Source: Nanobdellota archaeon (GTDB lineage Archaea > Nanobdellota > Nanobdellia > Woesearchaeales > GW2011-AR9). Taken from it: a stretch of DNA of 48,543 bases. This document shows positions 42,004-48,543 of this stretch, piece by piece (the first letter of the stretch is position 1; each line of letters begins with the position of its first letter). The stretch spans positions 1 to 48,543 of the forward strand of contig JAHJDQ010000182.1 in assembly GCA_018812355.1 (NCBI GenBank), written 5' to 3'. The translations under genes and the position numbers were made by a program. The notes beneath the pieces are model-generated. The model ran no database searches and had not been told where the DNA came from. It saw nothing but the letters and a program-made list of their open reading frames with translations.

Positions 42004-42557
42004 TTATCAAAACTTTCCAAGGAGGATACGATAACAACTTCGCTTACTTAATCATCGAAAATAATCAATGTGCTTTACTTGATCCTGCAGTACCGGCAGA
42101 AACAATCCTTAATTATATCCAAGAAAATAATTTAACATTAAAATTTATTGTCATAATGCATTCTCATTTTGACCATACTGTTGATTTAGACAAATATCGG
42201 AAACAGGGGATTCTTTTATATGGTCATCCTTCAACAAAAATAGAAATCGATCAAAAAATTGAAGACAAAGACATACTAGAATTGGGCTCATTAAAATTAA
42301 AAGTAATCCATACTCCCGGCCATACTCCTGATGCAATCTGTATTCTCATTGATAACAAATTATTCACTTCTGACACCTTATTTGTTGAATGTTGCGGCAG
42401 AACTGATTTAGAGGGAGGAGATGCAAACCAATTAAAACAATCCTTAAACAAACTAAAACAGTTACCAGATGACACGATGATCTATCCTGGCCATGACTAT
42501 GGTTCAACAAAAACATCTACCATCGGAAAAGAAAAACATAACAACCCTCATTTTTAA
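42000..42557 (+). CDS. Metallo-beta-lactamase-fold hydrolase (glyoxalase II-like)
   Basis: HSHFDH (HxHxDH), HTPGHTPD, and the GHDYG pattern. Confidence 0.8.
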   Translation: MIIKTFQGGYDNNFAYLIIENNQCALLDPAVPAETILNYIQENNLTLKFIVIMHSHFDHTVDLDKYRKQGILLYGHPSTKIEIDQKIEDKDILELGSLKLKVIHTPGHTPDAICILIDNKLFTSDTLFVECCGRTDLEGGDANQLKQSLNKLKQLPDDTMIYPGHDYGSTKTSTIGKEKHNNPHF

Positions 42558-42619
42558 CCAAAAAGTTTATATATTTGTACATAATATAAGTGTATGCACA
42601 CAATTGGGGGTATTATGAA

Positions 42620-42850
42620 ATGAGTACAATGACTTTAGCTGTGGCCGATGAAATGAAACAAAAGATGAATTCCTTTCCAGAAATGAATTGGTCTGAAGTA
42701 GCTCGACAGGCCTTCTCTCAGAAGTTAGAAGACCTTGAATTTCTGCAAAAATTCAAAGAAAAGAGTAAACTTACTGAAGCTGATGCGATGCGACTAGGAG
42801 CAGAAGTAAGCAAAGCAGTAAGCCAAAAGCTACGAAAAAAAGCGAAATAG
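42620..42850 (+). CDS. Putative antitoxin of a PIN-type toxin-antitoxin pair
   Basis: A small (76 aa) helical basic protein immediately upstream (1-nt gap) of a PIN-domain gene. I trimmed the start to ATG 42620, with a G-rich SD-like GGGGGT about 9 nt upstream. Confidence 0.55.
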   Translation: MSTMTLAVADEMKQKMNSFPEMNWSEVARQAFSQKLEDLEFLQKFKEKSKLTEADAMRLGAEVSKAVSQKLRKKAK

Positions 42851-42851
42851 A

Positions 42852-43250
42852 ATGGATCTTGTTGTTGATGCAAATGTTATCTTTGCTGTTCTGATTAAAG
42901 ATAGCTTCAGTTCCCATCTTTTGTTTAGTTGGGAGTATCATCTGTTCACCCCTGAATATATTTTCACTGAGTTTGAGAAACATAAAGAAGAACTTCTTGA
43001 TAAAACTGAACGAACAACAACAGAGTTTTTCAGACTTCTTGAAATTCTAAAAAGAAGAATTACTCTTGTTCCTCTTGAGGAATTAACTGATTACGTTGCA
43101 GAAGCAGAAAAGCTTACTCCTGATCCTAAAGACATGGCTTATTTTGCCCTTGCCCTAAAATTAAATTGTGCCATCTGGAGTAATGATAAAAAACTAAAAG
43201 AACAAGATAAAATCAAAGTTTATCCTACTCATGAATTAGTTAAATTATAA
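42852..43250 (+). CDS. PIN-domain ribonuclease toxin (VapC-like)
   Basis: MDLVVDANVIFAVL (first acidic residue), ...TPDPKDMAYFALAL..., and IWSNDKKL cover the PIN acidic positions. Confidence 0.7.
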   Translation: MDLVVDANVIFAVLIKDSFSSHLLFSWEYHLFTPEYIFTEFEKHKEELLDKTERTTTEFFRLLEILKRRITLVPLEELTDYVAEAEKLTPDPKDMAYFALALKLNCAIWSNDKKLKEQDKIKVYPTHELVKL

Positions 43251-43309
43251 TCTTAAACTTTAAGCAAACTATATAAACCTAAAAATAATTCAAACTAAAA
43301 AGAGGTACT

Positions 43310-44557
43310 ATGGCAGAGATAACTTTATTCATTAATTTTATGATTGCTCTAGCTCTGGGAGCATTAATCGGTTTGGAAAGAGAGTACGCTTCTTATAAAA
43401 AACGTGGCCATGACTATGCGGGGATTAGAACTTTTCCCTTAATTGCTATTTTCGGAACACTTTCTGCTTACTTAGGACAACTAATTTCCATCTGGTTGTT
43501 TGTTATTAGCATGCTTCTTACTGGAATTTTGATTATTGTCGCTTATTTTGTGATGAACAAAATCGACCGTAAACATATCGGGGCAACTTCAGAATTAGCC
43601 GGCTTTATTACTTTTTTCATTGGTGCTTTATGTTTTTATGGTGATTATACCTTAGCAGTAGTTTTAGCGATTGCCATCACAATCATTTTGTTTGCCCGTT
43701 CTATCCTCCATCATTTCGCTGAACGGATTAAACCAGTGGAACTAGCCTCAACCTTAAAATTTGCCGTCGTTGCTTTTGTCATCTTACCTTTCCTACCTAA
43801 CCAAGGTTACGGTCCGATGGAAATGTTTAATCCCTATATTATTTGGTTAATGGTTGTTTTTATTTCTGGGATCGGCTTTTTTGGTTACATCTTAATGAAA
43901 TGGTTCGGCGAGAAAGGGATTACTCTTGCCGGTATTTTAGGTGGTTTAATCAGCAGTACAGCAACCACAACAGGTTTTGCAGAAAGAAGTAAGAAAGCCC
44001 CAAAAATTTATCTTGCCTTAGCTCTCGGAGTAATTCTTGCTAATAGTATTATGTTTATCCGGATTTTAATTGAAGTTTTTGTCTTAAACAGAGAATTGTT
44101 TTTACCATTATTATTACCACTAGGAATATTATTTCTAATTTCAGCAATATTTTCTTACATTTTATGGAAAAAAGTAGTTAAAGAAGTTCCCGGTAAGATG
44201 GATCTTGGAAGTCCATTTACAATCAAACCAGCATTAAAATTTGGAATTTTCTTTGCGGTAATTTTAGCTTTAGTTAAGATAGGCCATTTCTACTTTCAAA
44301 CAAAAGGAGTTTATTTAGTTAGTTTCATTTCCGGTTTTGCGGATGTTGATGCAATTACGGTTTCCTTAGCTAATTTGTCTAAGGATAGTTTAAGTTTAGC
44401 AGTAGCTAAACAAGGAATTGTTTTAGCTGCTTTAACTAACGTTGCCGTTAAGGGCGGAATTGCTTATTGGTTCGGTGGAAAACAATTCGGCAGAATAATC
44501 GCTATTTTCTATGCAGTTTTAATTGTGGTAGGAATTCCTTTAGTATTTTTGTTATAA
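43310..44557 (+). CDS. MgtC/SapB-family N-domain plus DUF4010-like membrane protein
   Basis: ALALGALIGLEREY is the conserved MgtC N-terminal motif. About 10 further TM segments follow. Confidence 0.7.
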   Translation: MAEITLFINFMIALALGALIGLEREYASYKKRGHDYAGIRTFPLIAIFGTLSAYLGQLISIWLFVISMLLTGILIIVAYFVMNKIDRKHIGATSELAGFITFFIGALCFYGDYTLAVVLAIAITIILFARSILHHFAERIKPVELASTLKFAVVAFVILPFLPNQGYGPMEMFNPYIIWLMVVFISGIGFFGYILMKWFGEKGITLAGILGGLISSTATTTGFAERSKKAPKIYLALALGVILANSIMFIRILIEVFVLNRELFLPLLLPLGILFLISAIFSYILWKKVVKEVPGKMDLGSPFTIKPALKFGIFFAVILALVKIGHFYFQTKGVYLVSFISGFADVDAITVSLANLSKDSLSLAVAKQGIVLAALTNVAVKGGIAYWFGGKQFGRIIAIFYAVLIVVGIPLVFLL

Positions 44558-44560
44558 ATA

Positions 44561-44824
44561 TTAAAAAAATTCTAACTTCGGCTCATCATCCTTTTTCTCT
44601 TTTTCTTTACCTAATTTTAAAAGAGCATTAAAATCAGGCGCCGTATCCGGCTTTTCTTCTGAAGAAGTATTACCAAACATCGTCATCATGTTGGTTGTAT
44701 CAACCGATTCCTTATTCTCCATCAATGAACCACTACCCTTATTATCAAGAATGTGATTAAGAATGTGCATCACTTTACGAATGTCTTCATAGGAATCCTC
44801 TTTTGTATCAATTGTAATTCTCAT
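44561..44824 (-). CDS. Hypothetical small protein
   Basis: I trimmed the start to ATG 44824 (MRITIDTKEDSYEDIRKV...). A TATA-like TATATATGA is centred roughly 27 nt upstream on the minus strand. The track's extension is hydrophobic AT-rich read-through. Confidence 0.5.
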   Translation of the reverse strand: MRITIDTKEDSYEDIRKVMHILNHILDNKGSGSLMENKESVDTTNMMTMFGNTSSEEKPDTAPDFNALLKLGKEKEKKDDEPKLEFF

Positions 44825-44980
44825 GATTATAAGAAAAGTAAAGTCATATATAATATTTTTGTTGTTTCTTAATAAAAATAAAAGAACATAATAACTGAAA
44901 GTCCCCTTGCTCAATCTTTATTATTAATTATCCTTAAAATCGGAGTAAACTATATAAACAACATCTTCTTTACAAAACAA

Positions 44981-45730
44981 ATGACCCATATAGTCTTATA
45001 CACACTCATTAGTGTAATCATCGTTTCTTTAATTTCTTTGGTGGGCATCTTCTTCCTTTTACTCAAAAAAGATCTCCTTAACAAAACTTTATTGTTTATG
45101 GTTAGCCTTTCTGCCGGTTCATTATTTGGCGGTGCGTTTATTCACTTATTACCGGAAGCAATCGCTGTCCGCGGTTTCACTTTACCAATTTCTTTATCAA
45201 TCCTCGGCGGAATTCTTGTTTTCTTTGTCATTGAAAAAGCGATTCACTGGCGGCATTGTCATATCCCTACTTCACATAGTCATCCACACCATTTAGCGAC
45301 GATGAATTTAATTGGAGATGGAGTGCACAATTTTATTGACGGTTTGATTATCGCTGCAGGTTATATCGTCAGTCCAGCAGTTGGCGTTGCGGCTACTATA
45401 GCCGTTATCTTGCACGAAGTACCGCAAGAAATTAGTGATTTTGGCGTTTTACTTTATTCAGGTTTGTCAAAAGCAAAAGCCCTTTTCTTTAACTTTCTTT
45501 CCGCCTCGATTGCTATTGCCGGAGCTTTGATTGGTTTAATCATTGGGACAAGATCAGAACTGTTTGCTTTACTGATCTTACCTTTTGCCGCTGGTGGCTT
45601 TCTTTACATTGCCGGCTCGGACTTAATTCCTGAATTACATAAAAATTGTGTTGGTAAAGATAACATCATGCACTTTCTTGCTTTAGTTTTAGGTATAGCG
45701 ATTATGTTATTGTTAAAGTTGTTTGCTTGA
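44981..45730 (+). CDS. ZIP-family divalent metal transporter
   Basis: HLLPEA, His-rich loop HWRHCHIPTSHSHPHH, and HEVPQEISDFGVLL signature. Confidence 0.85.
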   Translation: MTHIVLYTLISVIIVSLISLVGIFFLLLKKDLLNKTLLFMVSLSAGSLFGGAFIHLLPEAIAVRGFTLPISLSILGGILVFFVIEKAIHWRHCHIPTSHSHPHHLATMNLIGDGVHNFIDGLIIAAGYIVSPAVGVAATIAVILHEVPQEISDFGVLLYSGLSKAKALFFNFLSASIAIAGALIGLIIGTRSELFALLILPFAAGGFLYIAGSDLIPELHKNCVGKDNIMHFLALVLGIAIMLLLKLFA

Positions 45731-45749
45731 GAATTTGGTTTTAATCTTA

Positions 45750-46088
45750 TTATCTACCTAAAGCATTAACCTTTCTTGGACGGTTTTCTACTTTTTCAGG
45801 ATGAGTTTGCTGAGCTACTTCAAATTGTACTTCAAACAATCTTAAGTAGCCTTGAACCAACCCTTTGTCTGATCCATTTACTGAAAGGTCAACCATATTA
45901 TTTTGCGGATCATATTCAGCAACGAAAGTGCATTCCATTTTTTCAAAAGAAAAATCATATCTACTTTCATCATTTGAAACTTCGTATTTTGCTCCAAAAT
46001 CAGTAGCTAAATCCCGCACTACTTGAGCAATATCGATAGAATTACCATTAACATTCACATTGCATTTTTCTGTATAATCTCCAGCCAT
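45750..46088 (-). CDS. Hypothetical protein
   Basis: 112-aa ORF. TATA-like TTTATAAATGA on the minus strand is centred about 27 nt upstream of ATG 46088. No motif recognised. Confidence 0.5.
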   Translation of the reverse strand: MAGDYTEKCNVNVNGNSIDIAQVVRDLATDFGAKYEVSNDESRYDFSFEKMECTFVAEYDPQNNMVDLSVNGSDKGLVQGYLRLFEVQFEVAQQTHPEKVENRPRKVNALGR

Positions 46089-46122
46089 TATTTTTATACT
46101 GGAATAAGAATCATTTATAAAA

Positions 46123-46746
46123 TTAACCTTTCTCCATCCGCCACAAACCCACGTCTATCCTTCTGACTGGTTTGGTATGAAATTTAAACATTTTTTTTAA
46201 CGGAAATTCATACCGCCACAAATCAGTAATCTTAAATTCATGATCACTACTAATCGCTTCTACAAACCTCTTCGTACTGTATTTATGCATCGAATAAACC
46301 ACTTTGGCTGTACTAAATGCTTTTTCTAAAAATATTTTATCAATGTGCTTCTCTTTCGTACCAAACGGCGGATTCTGGACAACTATGTCTACTTCTGCAT
46401 CGAACAAAGTAACGTCTTCAATAATAAATTCTGCCTCACCAATTTCATATTTTTTCTTAATCTGATTGTAATTTTCAATACAAACTTGGATAATCTTCTC
46501 ATCCTTATCTAAGAAATAAACTTTTCGAGCACCCATTAATAACAAACCAATTCCTAATATCCCCGGACCGCAAGCCGCATCAAGAATAATTTTCCCTGCC
46601 ACTTCTCCCTTTAAAGCCATGCTCCAAATCCATTCCGCAGCGATATGGGCAGGAGTAGCATATTGTTCCAATTCAAAAGATGGTTCTGTATACTCCTGCA
46701 ATTTACTCAATTGTATTTCTAAATCTTTCTGTGAACGAATCGTCAT
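46123..46746 (-). CDS. METTL5-like N6-adenine RNA methyltransferase (COG2263-type predicted RNA methylase)
   Basis: ILDAACGPGILGIG (motif I) and VVQNPPFGTK (NPPF motif IV). The size and layout are typical of the archaeal/eukaryotic METTL5 family. Confidence 0.75.
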   Translation of the reverse strand: MTIRSQKDLEIQLSKLQEYTEPSFELEQYATPAHIAAEWIWSMALKGEVAGKIILDAACGPGILGIGLLLMGARKVYFLDKDEKIIQVCIENYNQIKKKYEIGEAEFIIEDVTLFDAEVDIVVQNPPFGTKEKHIDKIFLEKAFSTAKVVYSMHKYSTKRFVEAISSDHEFKITDLWRYEFPLKKMFKFHTKPVRRIDVGLWRMEKG

Positions 46747-46768
46747 AAGTTAAGAATAAAAGTTTACT

Positions 46769-47584
46769 TTAATAAAGGTTATCATGCGGACTGACTACAT
46801 TATGTAAATGAACATTACTCACCCGAGCATATTGTTGTGTTGTTTTAATGTTCTTATGCCCAAGTAATTTCTGAATTACCGGAAACTCTACTTTATGGTC
46901 AAGTAAATGCGTGGCAAACGAATGTCTTAAGATGTGAGGAGTTACAGTCTTACTTATTCGTGCTTTAGTAGCAGCTTGCTTTAAAACTTCTTGTACTGTT
47001 CGAACAGAAATATGACTATTACTATAAGATCCAAATAAATAACCATTCTGGTAATATTTACTTTTAACATATTCCTCAATCATCCCCATCACTTTATCTG
47101 AAAGAATGGTATATCTGTCTTTATTGCCTTTACCTTGCTTTACTAATAACCTTCTTCTCCCAAAATCAAAATGTTCTAATTTAATTTTTACTAATTCGGA
47201 AACTCTTATTCCCGTAGCGTACAATAATGAGATCATCAATTTATGTTTAACATTTTCAGTAACATCAATCAATCTCTTAATCTCTTCTTGAGATAAAATT
47301 TCTTTAACTGTATCTTCCCGCTTTTGATAAGGTAAATCAGTAAACTTACGTTTCATGATCTTAACATAATAAAAATTCAAGGCATTATGGGCTAAATTAA
47401 TCTGTGAACTGGAAGCTCTTTTAGATTCTAAATACAACAAATACTGACGAACATCAGAACGACAAACTTCCTGCGGCTTCTTTCTACAAAAATTAATAAA
47501 TTTCTGATTATAATATAAATAATTCTTGATTGTCTTTGGAGAATAATTTCTTAACTTACATTCTTCAATTAACGGTTCAAACAT
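46769..47584 (-). CDS. Tyrosine recombinase, XerC/XerD/integrase family
   Basis: ATGIRVSEL (Arg), KGNKDR, HILRHSFATHLL (HxxR) and LLGHKNIKTTQQYARV (His, Tyr). Start placed at ATG 47584, with GGAGGG 7 nt upstream. Overlaps the upstream gene by 8 nt. Confidence 0.85.
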   Translation of the reverse strand: MFEPLIEECKLRNYSPKTIKNYLYYNQKFINFCRKKPQEVCRSDVRQYLLYLESKRASSSQINLAHNALNFYYVKIMKRKFTDLPYQKREDTVKEILSQEEIKRLIDVTENVKHKLMISLLYATGIRVSELVKIKLEHFDFGRRRLLVKQGKGNKDRYTILSDKVMGMIEEYVKSKYYQNGYLFGSYSNSHISVRTVQEVLKQAATKARISKTVTPHILRHSFATHLLDHKVEFPVIQKLLGHKNIKTTQQYARVSNVHLHNVVSPHDNLY

Positions 47585-47909
47585 TTTCATTCCCTCCGTT
47601 CCATTTATGCCAACCTTGGTTATTGTCATAATTTCCTTCACTATTTTTTCTTTTTGGGAATAAACTCCCTCCAGATTTGTGTTGTCCATAAGCAAGTTTA
47701 GCAAAACATTTCTTACATTTTAATTCATAGAAATCATTTCTGTCAACAGTTCTTACCACAAATTGTAACTCTTCATTATGACAAAGTTGACAAGAATCTT
47801 CATCAAACACTTCCTGAAAAATAGCCAGTTCTTTGAACGCATCCTTAACTGAATCAGAGTTAATCTCAACATTTAAGCGTTGGTTTTTTGTTGTGTAGTT
47901 TATTTTCAT
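47577..47909 (-). CDS. Zinc-ribbon protein (CxxC...CxxC), possibly mobile-element associated
   Basis: CQLCHNEELQFV...YELKCKKCFAKLAYGQHKSGGSLFPKR. GAGGTGA lies 5 nt upstream. It is translationally coupled to the recombinase gene. Confidence 0.55.
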   Translation of the reverse strand: MKINYTTKNQRLNVEINSDSVKDAFKELAIFQEVFDEDSCQLCHNEELQFVVRTVDRNDFYELKCKKCFAKLAYGQHKSGGSLFPKRKNSEGNYDNNQGWHKWNGGNENV

Positions 47910-48230
47910 ATTATCACCTCAGTTTTTTAATTTCTAAACCCGTCGAATTCGGGGGAATTAAAAAATATAATGTTTCATTTATTTACACATAAAAATTACT
48001 TTATAACCTTTACCCGCACTTGTCCAGTGGGTAGTGGCTCGGTAAATTAACATTATTAGAGCTTCTCTCTTAAAAATTTTCTAGAATTAGCGTTTCTTAG
48101 TAGTTGTCCAGTGGCTTACCTCATAATTGATTTTTTTGGGACTGGGGAGCTATATTATAATTTTCTACAAAGTACCAAATCAAATAAACACCCTGCGCCA
48201 ATATTGGCAAAAAATTAAGAGGTGTCTAAA

Positions 48231-48425
48231 ATGGACATAACTAAAAGAAATCTAGAAATCTTGGAAGATTATTTCAAGAAAATGCAAAGAATGCTTTATT
48301 GTAAAGCACCACTGGAAAGCAAGCGAAAAATGCTTTACTCAGCTAAATACTGGGCAGAATATTTCATGAGCTTGAATAATCATCTCATTGAGAAAGCTAT
48401 AAAAGAGGGTTGTGTAAGAAAATGA
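48231..48425 (+). CDS. Hypothetical small protein
   Basis: 64-aa ORF. ATG 48231 is preceded by GAGGTG (48219-48224). The 12-bp palindrome GCCAATATTGGC lies just upstream. Confidence 0.45.
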   Translation: MDITKRNLEILEDYFKKMQRMLYCKAPLESKRKMLYSAKYWAEYFMSLNNHLIEKAIKEGCVRK

Positions 48426-48543
48426 TTTTTATATTTTTCTTTTTTCAATTCCATTCCAAAAACCTTTCTACGCGCAATATTCTTAAGAATCAGTCGTTCC
48501 TGACGTCACTACTAAACATAAACACTGCGCCTAGAAAGCGTTA

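Noticed and set aside
44825-44914. A 30-codon N-terminal extension of the small minus-strand ORF (MSKGTFSYYVLLFLLRNNKNIIYDFTFLII).
   Set aside because: It is an AT-rich promoter region containing a TATA-like element for the internal ATG. The peptide looks like translated intergenic DNA.
1351-47291. Many short ORFs in the track lie antisense to, or out of frame within, well-supported genes. Examples: 1351-1605, 1912-2328, 2410-2616, 2929-3174, 5670-5918, 6292-6531, 6657-6887, 7655-7846, 8286-8642, 8363-8575, 8739-9041, 9248-9640, 9976-10170, 12102-12323, 13717-13914, 15014-15199, 16551-16775, 17307-17519, 18475-18777, 18893-19090, 20097-20294, 21742-21972, 21969-22190, 23606-23860, 28017-28274, 29358-29621, 30478-30813, 30888-31097, 31195-31458, 31910-32110, 33361-33597, 34228-34422, 37577-37817, 42151-42475, 42771-42983, 45776-46006, 47106-47291.
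   Set aside because: Each is fully or largely embedded in a longer ORF with clear family motifs. Their translations are low-complexity or hydrophobic shadow-frame products with no start signals. I treat them as non-coding.
1-48543. CRISPR arrays, rRNA genes and cas-like or other recognisable defence operons.
   Set aside because: I found no regularly spaced direct repeats with unique spacers and no rRNA-like conserved segments. No nuclease/helicase/ATPase gene cluster is present beyond a single PIN toxin-antitoxin pair. The interspersed repeats present are MITE-like.

Overview
All calls were made by eye from the sequence and the ORF track. No database, HMM or folding search was run.

This is an AT-rich archaeal chromosomal segment. 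The split RNA polymerase genes, rpoH, L15e/L30e, RtcB plus archease, and TATA-box leaderless genes point to archaea. A small-genome DPANN-like lineage is my inference only.

Backbone:
- A tRNA cluster (10.7-12.1 kb) runs straight into rpoH-rpoB''-rpoB'-rpoA'-rpoA''-rpl30e-nusA-rps12 (12.2-20.7 kb). rps7 is displaced by insertions.
- Upstream lie a PLD-like gene, a HIT gene, rpl15e, a CBS protein, and RtcB-archease-methyltransferase.
- Downstream of rps7 is a roughly 9 kb sugar and amino-sugar island: GH130, cupin, two GT4 genes, a GDE-like hydrolase, a PIG-L deacetylase, a ROK kinase, NagB and a HAD phosphatase.
- After the island come Dus, tRNA-Lys(CUU), MATE, Kae1, ParA, an S16/Lon-like membrane protease, a PIN toxin-antitoxin pair, MgtC-like and ZIP transporters, and a METTL5-like methylase. 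The right edge holds a tyrosine-recombinase module.

Most interesting signals:
1. All four tRNA genes carry a bulge-helix-bulge intron at T-loop position 59/60, supported by covariation. Three also have anticodon-loop introns, and one appears to have three introns.
2. A 24-bp copy of that tRNA's 3' exon, together with the 3' half of its T-loop BHB, brackets an antisense LAGLIDADG homing-endonuclease gene.
3. A family of four MITE-like elements is present. Two have clean 9-bp target-site duplications and sit in the rps12-rps7 junction. The family shares a 66-nt two-hairpin module whose three copies differ by compensatory substitutions.
4. A 36-codon micro-ORF is ATGA-coupled at both ends between rpoA' and rpoA''.
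5. The NusA C-terminal decapeptide is re-encoded out of frame 61 nt downstream, with mostly synonymous differences.
6. A CBS protein has a C-terminal domain that looks like a bacterial HPF/RaiA hibernation factor.
7. An unannotated, leaderless 39-codon Cys-rich peptide gene lies upstream of an LGYPxCC protein and an MBL hydrolase.
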